64,000 nt of DNA, from NCBI GenBank assembly GCA_038087875.1, contig CM075991.1:2294001-2358000 (forward strand), read 5' to 3'. Shown here in pieces: positions 12,604 through 24,711 of the stretch. Source of the DNA: Malacoraja senta. Its lineage: Eukaryota. Below the pieces are notes generated by a model. It was not told the DNA's origin. It did no database searches and was given only the letters and a program-made list of their open reading frames with translations. The first letter of the stretch is position 1, and the number at the start of each line of letters is the position of its first letter. The position numbers and the translations under genes were made by a program.

Positions 12604-12885
12604 ATAGACAATAGGTGCAGGAGTAGGCCATTCGGCCCTTCGAGCCAGCACCGCCATTCAATGTGATCATGGCTGATCATCCCCAATCAGTACCCAGTTC
12701 CTGCCTTCTCCCCATATCCCCTGACTCCGCTATTTTTAAGAGCCCTATCTAGCTCTCTCTTGAAAGTATCCAGAGAACTGGCCTCCACTGTCCTCTGAGG
12801 CAGAGAATTCCACAGACTCACAACACTCTGTGTGCAAAAGTGTTTCCTCGTCTCCGTTCTAAATGGCTTATCACTTATTCTTAAG
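12604..12885 (-). mobile_element. CR1 LINE 3' end
   Basis: Reverse complement of the CR1 tail at 8865-9300. Confidence 0.85.
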
Positions 12886-13244
12886 AGATGCTCGGTACGG
12901 ACTCGTGGGCTGAAGGGTCTGTTTTCAATCACAATCTATCACAATCACAATAATACTTTATTAGCCAAGTATGTTTTGCAACATATGAGGAATTTCATTT
13001 GTCAAGTCAGTCATACAATAAAAAGCAACAGAACATTTTAACATAAACATCCACCACAGTGACTCCTCCACATTCCTCACTGTTTCTGCTTGGTGCAACA
13101 TACTTAGTACATCACCTACCATAGATTAAAGGACACAAGTGCTGGAGTAACTTAGCAGGTCAGGCAGCATCCTTGGAGAACATGGATAGGTGACCATAGA
13201 TTCCTTTCTCTGCATTGTGGAGTAATGTCTTGCCAGTAGATACT

Positions 13245-13680
13245 AAATGCTGCAGTAACTCAGCAGGACAGGCAACATCTCTGGAGAGATGTTTTGGGTC
13301 GAGACCCTTCTTCAGACTGGTGTCAGTGGAGTGGGAGGTACATAGCTAAGGAAGTGTAAGGTGTGAAAATGGGACAAAGGGAATTGGGAGATCAAGGAAA
13401 ATGTAGAATAGATCATTGTTAGTTGGGAAGAGATAATAACAAAGCAAACAGAGATAAAATGTAGTTGGAGACAGTCAGATTGGTTGGAGAACTGGGAAGG
13501 GGGAGTGGATGGAGAGAGAGGGAAAGCTAGGGCTACTTGAAGTTAGAGTAGTCAATGTTCATACCACTGGGGTGTTAGCTGCCCAAGCAAAATATGGGGT
13601 GCTGTTCCTCCAATTTGCGCTGGGCCTCACTCTGACGATGGAGGAGGCCCAGGACAGAAAGGTCAGTGTGCGAATGGGAA
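13245..13680 (-). mobile_element. Penelope-like element 3' fragment (GIY-YIG C-terminus plus pLTR)
   Basis: Minus strand encodes LSVLGLLH.QSEAQRKLEEQH.IFCLGS, followed by a pLTR with a degenerate hammerhead core. Confidence 0.75.
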
Positions 13681-14362
13681 TTAAAAAAAATATTCTTGCC
13701 TAAACACCCACCATTGCTGCAATATCAAGATCAGTGAAATATGAATTATACTTACAGTCTCTATAGCACTAAGTTATTGCATTCGCATTCTTAATCAAAC
13801 AGCAAATCTGTCTGCCTACTGAAAGTGCCAAATTAGAGTTTCAACTCTGCACAATCGTATCAAGTGATCCTACTGTAATTATTTGATGAGTAATTATTTC
13901 GTATTTGTCAGGTGAAGCAGCAATAATGGAGAGACCGAAGATAGGCACAAAAAGCTGGAGGAACTCAGCGGGACACGCAGCATCTCCTGTCTGATCTGTA
14001 TGAGATGCCGCCTGTCCCGCTGAGTTACTGCGACTTTTTGTGTCTATCTTCGGTTTAAACCAGCATCTGCAGTTCCTTCCCACACAATAATGGAGAGACT
14101 TTGTATAATTCATTTTCAATCGGGATCGGCAAGATTTTCCTTGGAGCGCAGGAGGCTGAGGGGTGATATTATAGAAGTGTATAAGAACATGAGGGGAATA
14201 GATTGGATGATTGTGCAGAGTCTTTCACCCAGAGTAGGGACATCAAGAAGCAGAAGGTGAGAGGGGAAAGATTTAATTGGGGCCTGAGGGGCAACTTTTA
14301 CACTCAGAGGGTGGTGGGTGTATGGAACAAGCTGCCAGAGGAGATAGTTGAGGCAGGGACTC

Positions 14363-14625
14363 CTGGAGGAAATCCGTGCAGGAAGGAGCTGCACTTCACG
14401 AAATGGAACTATGCCGTGTCGCAGAGACAAAGCGACAGCACCGTAAGGAGAGGGAGAAGGGGGCTCGACGACTACCAACCACCGCCAGTCTCCACTGCCC
14501 ACGTTGCACCAAGGTGTGTGGATCACGGATCGACCTCTACAGACATCTGCAGACCCACAAGTAGTCGACCCTATGGAGAGGAGAGGACAGTCATACTTGT
14601 TTCCAGTGACCGCCAATGATGGTGA
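14363..14625 (+). mobile_element. RTE-clade LINE 3' end nested in a CR1 fragment
   Basis: C-terminal zinc finger CPRCTKVCGSRIDLYRHLQTH* typical of RTE/BovB-type ORFs; short 3' UTR ending AATGATGGTGAT; CR1 sequence resumes on both sides. Confidence 0.75.
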
Positions 14626-14694
14626 TAACAACATTTAAAAGATATTCTGGTCATGTGCATCAATTGAAAATGTTTAGAGGGATATGGGCCAAAC

Positions 14695-15013
14695 ATTCTG
14701 TCCTGGGCCTCCTCCATGGCCAGAGTGAGGCCCACCGTAAATTGGAGGAGCAGCACCTCATATTTCGCTTGGGCAGTCTGCACCCCAGCGATATGAACAT
14801 TGACTTCTCTAATTTCAAGTAGTCCTTACTTTCTCCGCCCCTTCTCAGCTCTCCCTCAGCCCACTGGCTCCACCTCTTCCTTTCTTCTTCCCGCCCCCTC
14901 CCCCCCCCCCCCCCCCACATCAGTCTGAAGAAGGGTTTCGGCCCGAAACGTTGCCTATATCCGCTCCATAGATGCTGCCTCACCTGCTGAGTTTCTCCAA
15001 CATTCTTGTCTAC
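14695..15013 (+). mobile_element. Penelope-like element 3' fragment (GIY-YIG C-terminus plus pLTR with hammerhead core)
   Basis: SVLGLLHGQSEAHRKLEEQHLIFRLGSLHPSDMNIDFSNFK* then a pyrimidine tract and CTGAAGA..GAAACGTT at 14925-14952. Confidence 0.8.
14921..14956 (+). ncRNA. Minimal type-I hammerhead ribozyme-like motif
   Basis: CUGAAGA + A + stem II GGGU(UUCG)GCCC + GAAA + CG + UU. Stem III is only the palindromic ACGU and stem I is weak (2-3 bp), so activity is unproven. Confidence 0.5.
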
Positions 15014-15421
15014 AGGCAAATGGGACCAGCTTGGATGGGGCATCTTGGTCAGTAAGGACAAGTTGGGCTGAAGAGCCACTTCCCGTGATTTAGGTGACTT
15101 ATAATTTCTTCTGACATGATTCTAGCACAAAGCACATTCGGTAAAATCTTGCTGTTCCTGAATTAAAATGAAATGAATGATGTCTTTCCAATATTCTTGC
15201 TTTATTAGCAAGCTCTCAGCCAAGTACTTGGCGTAGAGTCTCTCGATGCAGTTGTGTAAAGTTGAAACATTATGAGGCTCTGTTTAATATTCTCTGATAG
15301 ACCAATCCCATCCACATCAGCAGATAAGGCTTGTACAGAATGGACACAGAAGTTTACCCATGATGTACGAATTGATTCACAAACTGGTGAATGGTGGAGA
15401 TGTGGTAGAGTTGCTGCCTTA

Positions 15422-15982
15422 GGGGCCTGTCCCACTTGGACGACCTAATCCACGAGTTTAGAAGACCCTAGACGAATTGAAAAAAATGTCAAGGTCATGT
15501 TGACTCGCCAAAGTAAAAGACCTCCTATGACTATGTCTACGACCTCCCACGACTATGTCTACGACCTCCTACGACTATGTCTACGACCTCCTACGACCCC
15601 CTCAACCTCAGTCTTCCACACCTAAGACCAACTACGACCAGCTACGAGTGGAAAATGATCACATAATAAAATGATGTCATGTTTGCATTTTTTTCTCGGG
15701 CCAGTTACCGACCTACGACTACCTACGATTACCATCACGACCTACTACGACCTACCTACGAGTAAAAAGTGTCAATTTTTTCCATGCCAACATTTTTTTT
15801 ACTCGTGAACATTTTTTATCAGGCTGGAAAAAAGAAGGCCACGAGTACGCGGAGACCACTCACGAGCATGAGGAAGAGTTACGAAGCCCTCCTACGATTT
15901 CATGGCGACCATGCTGCGAGTACGAGTCAAGGGCAAACTCGGCAGAAGTCGGCAATTAGGTCGTGAAAGTGGGACAGGGGCT
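15422..15982. mobile_element. PIF/Harbinger-type non-autonomous DNA transposon inserted in a tRNA SINE
   Basis: TIR core CCTGTCCCACTT...AAGTGGGACAGG; 3-bp TSD TTA (15419-15421 and 15983-15985); internal CTACGAC repeats; the SINE head is split (TTGCTGCCTTA | CAGCGC). Confidence 0.8.
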
Positions 15983-18224
15983 TTACAGCGCTTGCAGCGC
16001 CAGAGACTTGTTATCGATCCCGACTACGGGTGCTGTCTGTACGGACCTGCGCGGGTTTTCTCCGAGACCTTCGGATTCCTCCTACACTCGAAAGAAGTCC
16101 AGGTTTGTAGGTTAATTGGCTGGGTATAAATGTAAAATTGTCCCCAGTGTGTGTAGGATAGTGTTAGTGTGCAGGGACCGCTGGTCGGTGTGGACTCGGT
16201 GGGTCGAAGGGCCTGTTTCCGTGCTGTATCTCTAAACTAAACTAAACTGAACAGAGAGCAAAGTGATTGTGAGCTATGGGACAAATATAATTTGAAGTTG
16301 GTGCCACTTTCAGCTCTAGATGAGAAGGTTGTGGACTCAAGTCCCCGGGACTCGAGTATAAATCTGCAGAAGCAGTCTCCTGCAGTGACTAGGTGCGGTG
16401 TATAATGGAGTTCATGGAGCAAATAAGGTGGCAGCTACTGAATGCAAGACACAGGAACAGGCCCTTCGGCCCTCAATGCTCATACTGAACACAGTACCAA
16501 GTTACATTTATCTCCTCTCCCTCCATTTCCTGCATATCCATGTGCCACTTTAAAGTGTAAATGTGCCTATTCTACCTGAGGTAGGGTCCCAACCTGAAGG
16601 TTGCCTGTAGATCTTTCTCCAGAGATGCTGCCTGGCCTGCTGTGTACTTCAGCACTTTGTGTCCATTTCTGTAAACCAGCATCTGCAGTTCCTTGTTTGT
16701 ACATTGTGTCTGCTCCACTGCCAAATCTCCTCAAGGAATGCTTACTTTGAAGAAGCTCTTCTCTCTGAAGAGGGGCCTGACCCAAAACATCACCTTGCCA
16801 TGCTCTCCAGAGATGCTGCCTGATCCGCTGAATTGCATCAGCACCTCATATCTATTTTTACCGATCAAAACGCTTCTTAAATTAAACTATCATAACTGCC
16901 TCCACCACCAACCCCATGGCAGTGTGTTCCAGGCACCCGCTGAGAAGGGACAATAGACAATAGACAATAGGTGCAGGAGTACGCCATTCGGCCCTTCGAG
17001 CCTGCACCGCCATTCAATGTGATCATGGCTGATCATCCCCAATCAGTACCCCGTTCCTTCCTTCTCCCCTTATCCCCTGACTCCGCTATCTTTAAGAGCC
17101 CCATCTAGCTCTCTCTTGAAAGTATCCAGAGAACCAGCCTCCATCTCCCCCTGAGGCAGACAATTCCACAGACTCATAACTCTCTGTGTGAAAAAGTTGT
17201 GAGTCTGTGGAAGTTGTGAAGAAGGTCTCCACCTGAAACGCCACCCATTCCTTCTCTCCAAAGATGCTGCCTGCCCCGCTGAGTTACTCCAGCATTTTGT
17301 GTCCACCCACTACTCTAAACTCTCTGTGTAAAAATACATGTCATGCACATCTCCTTTCAACTTTGCACCCCTCACCCCTCAAAGACCCCCAGTCTTTGTC
17401 ATTTCTACCCTGGGTAAAATGTTCAGACTGTCTACCTGTCCATGTCTTTTATAATTTAATACATTTCTATTAGTCTTCCCTCAGTTTCTGGTGTTCCAGA
17501 GAAAACAATCCAAGTTTTGAACTTGGATTTTTGATTGGGGAGGGTGAGAGAGACAGACAAGCGAGGGCAAGGCAGTAGGAATGTTTTGTTGGAGATATAT
17601 TGGAAGAAGGGCAGAAGAATTTGGCTCTGAGTGGAATAGTTGGGAGCCAGCATTCTAAAACAAATGGACGGTGACGGCTTGGAATTTCCAGCAGTAACGC
17701 AGGTAATGCCAGGCTCTCTTTAACTAATGTTAAACTAGGCCTCAGTCCTTTAGTTAAGCCCTGCACCAGTGTGTGAGTGGACCAATTAAAAATGCAATGC
17801 TGCACAAGAGATGAAAGACGTCAACACAGTCCTTAGCTTTTGCTTGCACCTGGTCCAGAATGAATTCTAACCCATTAGATATTATGTCCTAGGTAGTCTG
17901 AAGAAGGGTCTTGACCTGAAACATCACCCATTCCTTCTCTCCAGAGATGCTGCCTGTCCCACTGAGTTACTCCAGCATTTTGTGTCTACCTTCAGTTTAA
18001 ACCAGCATCTGCAGTTCTTTCCTACATACATACTGCTGTCAATTTTAGTAAAGGGCACTGGATTACTTCAATAGTTGAGTAGATTGATATATTTGGATGG
18101 ACAGATTTGTAAAGAGGAAAACAGCTACCAAAAGCATGTTAATCATGGCCTTTAATAAATGGTCAAACAGAAAAGTGATCTTGGTGATTCATTGACTCCA
18201 ATCTAAGGAAATATGTAAACGGGA

Positions 18225-18650
18225 TAATAATAATAATGAATTTTATTTACGGGCGCCTTATACCGAGGTCTCAAGGACACCTTACAGAGATTTATAGGAA
18301 ACATATAATCAGAATAAAAAAATAAGTTATAAAGACCAATACACAAATCAGGGACAGAATTCCTTCCAAAAACACAAAAAAGAAAATCAGAAACACAATT
18401 TGAGGAGAGAGCAGCGGCAGCGAAACCGCGCCAGCGTCCACTCTCCCCTCCGACCGCCATCTTGAACACAGACTAACAAATACAATTACAAACAATTACA
18501 TACAAAAATCATCCCCCCACAATGATTTCCACTGTGGGGGAAGGCACAATGTCCAGTCCCCAGCCCCAGTTCACCCAAAAAAAGTCAGGCCAAATGAAGC
18601 CCCCGCTATTGCCTCTACGGAGGCCCGATGATCCTGGCCGGGGGGGGGGG
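18225..18650 (-). mobile_element. GC-rich retroposon fragments with an L2-type tail
   Basis: Minus strand ends TGTAAGGTGTCCTTGAG..AAGGCGCC..AATAAAATTC(ATT)n; contains a CAAGATGGCGG head and a hairpin CCCCCACAGTG..CATTGTGGGGG. Confidence 0.5.
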
Positions 18651-18792
18651 TGTGCATGTGCGTGTGCGTGTGCGTGTGCGTGTGCGTGTGCGTGTGCGTG
18701 TGCGTGTGCGTGTGCGTGTGTGTGTGCGTGTGTGTGTGTGTGCGCGTGAGTGCGTGCGTGCGTTCGTGCGTGCGTGCGTGTGTGTGTGTGTG
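18651..18792. repeat. (TG)n/(TGCG)n microsatellite
   Basis: Direct inspection; it continues as a degenerate (TG)n tract at 19366-19628. Confidence 0.95.
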
Positions 18793-19365
18793 TGTTAGGC
18801 AGGTACTTCAGAGCCGCGTAACATAAGTCAAAAACCAGGTTGAAGTTGAAAAATAGTTTTAATTATTCAATGGAACACAAAACCCAAACCTGGTTCAAAC
18901 AACCCAGTCAGGGATATGGATGGACTGACAAACAATTTAACTTTGCTCCAGCCAGCCACGTGATGGACCGTCGAACCGGAGACTCTAGAACCTGCCTAAA
19001 GAGATATAACCCTGAAACAAAATACACGAAAACACTAAGGTCAGCCCTTATCTGTCCCAATTCAATATTTGTTACTAAGTACTGGTGAAAGTACACAAAG
19101 TTCTATGCCATATGGCCAGGCCTTCCGCAGCTCACTCCAGCAGTCAGCTCACAAGTCAGGGTCGACGAGGAAGAGAGAGAATCCTGGGAAGGCTCTGGTA
19201 TTTAAGCTTCAGATGAGTCAACCGTCACCTGACGCAGCTTGGCCAATCGGGTACAGGAGCCTTTTAACCCCTTGATTCCAGACTCACAGCCACAAGGCCT
19301 GCACTCGGGAAAGAAACAGAGAAAGGTAAGTACATAGCATTCACCAGGGGGGGAAGCGCCTAACA
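18793..19365 (-). mobile_element. Solo LTR (573 bp) inserted in a (TG)n tract
   Basis: Termini TGTTAGGC...GCCTAACA (8-bp perfect inverted, TG..CA); GTGTG on both flanks; on the minus strand an ATTGG box, then TAAATA, then ATTAAA near the end. Confidence 0.7.
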
Positions 19366-19556
19366 GTGTGTGCATGTGTGTGTTTGTGTGTGCATGTGTG
19401 TGTGTGCATGTGTGTGTGTGCTGTGTGTGCGTGTGCATGTGTGTGTATGTATGTGTGCATGAGTGTGTGCGTGTTTGAGTGTGTGTACATGAGAGAGTGT
19501 GTGTGTTTGAGTGTGTGTGTGTGTGTATGAGAGAGTGTGTGTGCATGAGTGTCTGT

Positions 19557-19600
<44 letters not shown>

Positions 19601-20109
19601 ATGAGTGTGTGTGTGCACGTGCGTGTGTCCTGTTTACAGAATACTACTGATTTGTTGTCAAACTAAAGGAACTGGCAACATTGAATAATGCTCACGACAG
19701 CTGCCAATAAACTACAGGCCCAGGAACAGTGATGAATGGCTCAACCTGAGGTCAAATATCGATGATCGGAGAGCTGGATCTATCTGGAGATGGCACTAGC
19801 TCCAACTGAAGTCCGTGCTATAAAACTCACAATAAAAGACATCATTTCAATGACAGAGAAACCATAAAGGAAGAATGTAATAACTTCTACAGGGAATGAG
19901 ATGGTACAAGATGCCAAGGCTGAAAATCCACAGTCTTGCTTGTATACGTCCAGGCCAAGTTCAACAAAACACCATCAATGGTGTTGGGCGGAACGGTGGT
20001 GCAGCAGGTAGAGCTGCTGCCTCTCAGTGTCAGAGACCCGGGTTCGATCCTGACCTCAGGAGCTGTCTGTGTGGAGTTTGCATGTTATAAAGTCATAAGT
20101 GATAGGAGC

Positions 20110-20600
20110 CTGTCAAGTCGACTCTGCCATTCAATCATGGCTGATCTATCTCTCCCTCCTAACCCCATTCTCCTGCCTTCTCCCCATAACCCCTGACACC
20201 CGTACTGTCTATCTCTGCCTTAAAAATATCCACTGACTTGGCCTCCACGGCCTTCCGTGGCAAATAATTCCACAGATTCACCACCCTCTGACTAAAGAAA
20301 TTTCTCCTCAACTCCTTCCAAAAAGAAAGTACTTTAATTCTAAGGCTATGGCCTCTAGTCCTAGACTCTCCCACTGGCGGAAACATCCTCTCCACATCCA
20401 CTCTATCCAAGCCTTTCACTATTCTGTATGTTTTAATGAGGTCCCTCCTCATTCTTCTAAACTCCAGCGAGTACAGGCATGCTCACAATATGACAAATGT
20501 GGCCTTACCAGCGCCTTCTAGAGCCTCAGCATTTCATCCCTGCCTTTGTATATAAACCCTCTTGAAATAAATGCTAGTGTTGCATTTGCTCTCTTTACTA
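20110..20600 (-). mobile_element. CR1 LINE 3' fragment
   Basis: RRDLIKTYRIVKGLDRVD..FFSQRVVNLWN peptide. Confidence 0.85.
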
Positions 20601-21299
20601 CCGATGTTCTCGCAGTGGGTTCTCCGGTTTGCTCTCACCTCCCCAAGTTGTGTGGGTATTGCAGAATAATTGCCCTCTGTTCATGAAATAGTGGCTAGCA
20701 CGGGCCAGACTGTATCACTGAACGAAAGTCATTTTCTTTGATGGTTGAATTAAATGGTGTTGCACAGGAAGAGCGCTCGGCGGAAACCCACGTGGTCACA
20801 GGGAGAACATGCAAACTCCACATAGACAGCGTACGAGGTCAGGATTGAACACGGATCTCCGGCGCTGCAAGGCAGCGGCTCTACCATCTGCGCCCGCTGT
20901 GCCGCCCAAGAAACTGATCAGTCCTGAGCTTCCATGCCTATTTCCTTACGATGTGGGATGCCATTCAGCCCATCTAGTCTGCGCAGCACAAGGGTTTTCC
21001 TGCACTCCTTACGTTCCTATCTATTCCATCACGTAGCAATCCAGACTCCACACCGTAAACTCAATCTGCACTTCACGCTACCTCAGGAAAGCAGCCAACA
21101 CGGTCAAAGACCTTTTTCACACTAGTCTTTCCCTTTACTCCTCTCTCTAATCGGGCATAAGATGCACATGCATGAAAGCACACACCACCAGATTCAGAAA
21201 CAACTTCCCCCCCGCTGTCATCAGACTGTCCTCCCATAAACTAGGGTGTAGTCCTGAACTTCCAACCTACCTCATTGCTGTCCTTGGATTTCTTTGTTG

Positions 21300-21852
21300 T
21301 AAATGTTAAGCTGTGTCACCCGTAACTCCATGTAGCGTACTCTGGCAAGTTTCTCTTTTCACTACCTGTTGCAATGTGTGTGGGGTGATGGTGCTCATGA
21401 ATAGTGTGGTGAGACTGGATAGCGAGCAAACAAAGCTTCCCGCTGTACAGATGCTCCCAGTGACTTCCCCTGCGTAAGTCTGATGTGACGGAAGTCCGGA
21501 GACCGTGTATGAGGTCCCCGGCGTGGAGACCACGGCAGCGGTGCGGAAGCGGACTCGGACGCCGATATGGAGCCGAACAAACCAGCACAAGCCCGGCGGG
21601 CAAAGTGACCACCAAGAACAAAGGATAAGGACAGTGCCCGGCGAGAAAACACAGAGGGACCCGGCATGGGGGGGGGGGGGTGGGGGAGTGGGGGAAGGGG
21701 GGGCGCCGAGAACAAAGAGGGCCCGGCGGGACTATAATGAACACTATGTTGGCACCCTATACGTGGCGACTCTTGGCATACTTTGTGTGTTGTACGCAAT
21801 ACAAAGAATTTCACTCCATCAAGTAGATGTGACAATAAAGTACCATCACCAT
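21300..21852 (+). mobile_element. GC-rich SINE-like retroposon with Rex1-like tail
   Basis: CpG-rich body ending AAAGAATTTCACT..GTGACAATAAAG + (ACCAT)n. Confidence 0.5.
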
Positions 21853-22079
21853 GTGGGATATCTGCAACAACTATTGGGGGGCTGCAGGAGGAGGTAGGTG
21901 GGGCAAGTACAGTCACAACGTTGAACGGACATTTGGACAGGTACATGAATGGGAAAAGTTTGGAGGAATGTAAACCTACACAGGCAGGTGGGGCTAATGC
22001 ACATGGGACATGTTGGTCGGTGTGGGCAAGTTGGGCCGAAGGGCCTATTTCCACGCTGTGTCACTCTATAACGGTGAAG

Positions 22080-22373
22080 TCACGGTGGCGCAGCGGTAGA
22101 GTTGCTGCCTTACAGCAAATGTAGCGCCGGAGACCCGGGTTCGATCCCGACTATGAGTGCTGTCTGTATGGAGTTTGTACGTTCTTCCCGTGACCTGCGT
22201 GGGTTTTCTCCAGGATATCCGGTTTCCTCCCACACTCCAAAGACGTGCAGGTTTGTAGGTTAATTGGTTTGGTTAATGTAAAAATTGTCCCTAATGAGTG
22301 TTCATGTGTGGGGATCACTGGTCAGTGCGGACCCGGAGGGCCGAAGGGCCTATATCCATGTTCTAAACTAAAC
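22080..22373 (+). mobile_element. tRNA-derived V-SINE (HE1-like), representative copy
   Basis: A box GGTGGCGCAGCGGTAGAG, B box GGTTCGATCCC, V-domain GTTTGTACGTTCT.CCCGTGAC..GGTTTCCTCCCAC, CR1-like tail + (CTAAA)n. Other copies at about 8000-8280, 23147-23435, 27490-27790, 33747-34050, 37480-37782, 40352-40655, 45670-45978, 47275-47580 and 60886-61190. Confidence 0.85.
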
Positions 22374-23060
22374 TAGGAAGATTAAACAGGAACGTACCAG
22401 TTTGAAGTTTGATCTTTATTTTATGAGGAGTTACGATGAGGGATTATGTGAAAAAACCCGCCAGCCCGCATGTGCGTCAACCTTCAAAGCAGCGGTGTGA
22501 AATCACAGAAACCAGTTGCTGAACTGATTATAGGAAGATTCGAGAAACTAGAACTACCACATGTCCTTCATGAGAAGAGGGTTGGGAGCGGAGGGCACGT
22601 AATCCCTCATCGTAACTCCTCATAAAATAAAGATCAAACTTCAAACTGGTAAGTTCTCGTTTAATCTTCCTATTTTACTTCGGAGTCACGTGGGTGACTA
22701 CGTGAAGATTTTAAAGCTCTGTGATTTCATGCCGCGAACACGAGTCCATGCAACACACTGCATTAGTTGACCAGAAATGATTGAAAAGATAATGCATTCA
22801 GACATGACATAGATTTAAAACATGCTGATGCTATTAATAAGCAAATAATAAGCAAATTATTGAATAGAACTTAAAATTGAGTTGGCAAACGAACCCGGCC
22901 TGGCAATTGGTTTATTATAAAAGGTTTGGAAAGTCCGCTCATTTGACCATCCTACTGTCGCTAGGATGCGGTCCAGCAGAGCCTCCATGAACCTTGCCGC
23001 TGATGTTATCGCAGCCCTGGTGGAGTGAGATTTTAAAAAATCCATAGGATATGCCCGGTC
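22374..23060 (-). mobile_element. DIRS1-type retrotransposon right end (YR C-terminus, ICR, right ITR)
   Basis: SHSTRAA..ILATVGWSNERTFQTFYNKP tyrosine-recombinase motifs (22857-23045); 22374-22450 is inverted to 22596-22672; homologous to 55723-56070. Confidence 0.85.
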
Positions 23061-24131
23061 TGCTTAGTTTAATTAACTAAGTTGAGGCATTAATGTCCCA
23101 ACTAATGCCTCAACATATGAAGGCAAGCGTCCCGAATGCCTTCTTCAGTTCAGTTTAGAGATACAGGCCCTCCGGCCCACCGAGTCCGCACCGACCAGCG
23201 ATCTCCGCACACTAACACTATCCTATGCACACCAAGGACAATTTATACATATACCAAGTCAATTAACCTACATCTGTGTCTTTGGAATGTGGGAGGAAAC
23301 CGAAGATCTCGGCGAAAACCCACGAAGGTCACGGGGAGAACGTACAAACTCCGTACAGACAGCACCCGTAGTCAGGGTTGAACCCAGATCTCTGGTGCTG
23401 TAAGGCAACAATTATACCGCTGCGCCACCGTGCCGCTCACAACACCTGTGTCACCACTTTCAGTAAGCAATGGACGTTTCCCAAGGTTCGTCTATGCATC
23501 AATGCTTCAGAAGACTCTGTATGTCATGTGACTGATCGAAGATACAGGAACAGTTATATTATGGGACAGGAAATCCAGATGCCTAAACTATTGATCCACC
23601 ATTGTTAAAAATTCAAAGCCACAACATGGTGTCTGCATAGTTCAAAATTAATACTCAAATAAATTCTGAACTTTATTAAAAATCCACCATCAGTAATAGC
23701 GGCTGCAAGTTGTCCAGATTGTCATAAGGCCCCAACCTATTTTCACTGATATCTATATTACTAAAAGTAAGATCTTGACCACTTCCTGTTTTTCTGTTTC
23801 ATGATTTTAGAGAAAATGCTGCCACTTACGGCTGTGATTTTTGGCCATCTTACTCAGAGTCCCTCTCCGCTGCACAGGACAAGAGGATTTTTCCCATCGA
23901 TGAAAAATAAAAGAGTTATTAATGTTTTAAAAATGTTGAGATTCTCTCTGCTGCCCCTGCTGGTGGGAGGGGGGAGGGACTATAAAACCCGGAAGTGTTG
24001 TGCCTCAGTCAGTCTCTGCAAGATGGGGAAGTGAGAGGGTCACGTCTCTCAGCCTGAGCTGTGAATAACACTGAACACATGTCTACTAAACTGTGAGTGT
24101 GATTTTATTGACCTTGAGTGCCCTTAATGTT

Positions 24132-24380
24132 TGGGTTGAAGTAAAAACTCTGCAAATGGTTGCTGGGGGGGGGGGGGTGAACTAAAAGCTCTGCAAATGG
24201 TTGCTGGGGGGGGGGGTTGGGTTGAAGTAAAAGCTCTGCAAATGGTTGCTGGGGGGGTTGGGTTGAAGTAAAAGCGCTGCAAATGGTTGCTGGGGGGATT
24301 GGGTTGAAGTAAAAGCTCTGCAAATGGTTCATGGGGGGAGGGGTTTGGGTTGAAATAAAAGCTCTGCAAATGGTTGCTGG
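24132..24380. repeat. About 42-bp minisatellite
   Basis: GGGTTGAAGTAAAAGCTCTGCAAATGGTTGCT(G)n, about 6 copies. Confidence 0.9.
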
Positions 24381-24711
24381 AGGGGCCACACGGCTGTTAT
24401 TTTTGGCCATCTTACTCAGTCCCCCTCCGCTCATCAGATGCAGAGGATTCTTCCCATCAATGAAAAATAAAACTGTTATTAGTGTTTAAAAAATGTTGAG
24501 AATCTCTCTCCTGTCAATCAAGCCATGAAGGCCACACCTTTTCCGGTGGGAGGGATTATAAAACCCGGAAGTGTGGGTGTGGCTCAGTCTCTGCATGATG
24601 GGGGAGGGGAGGTCACGGCTCTGTCTGAGCTGTGAATCAACTGAACACACTGAATGACTACTGAACTGTGGGTGTTTTTTTGTGTGGTTTTATGGTGTTT
24701 TTATGGTGGTT

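Noticed and set aside
15205..15435. 76-aa minus-strand ORF in unique-looking DNA
   Set aside because: Starts inside a MITE TIR and resembles no protein family I recognise.
19202..19618. His/Thr-rich ORFs (also 48821-49093)
   Set aside because: Translations of (CA)n microsatellites.
22080..22150. tRNA-like sequences
   Set aside because: These are SINE heads continuing into the V-domain and LINE tail, not stand-alone tRNA genes.
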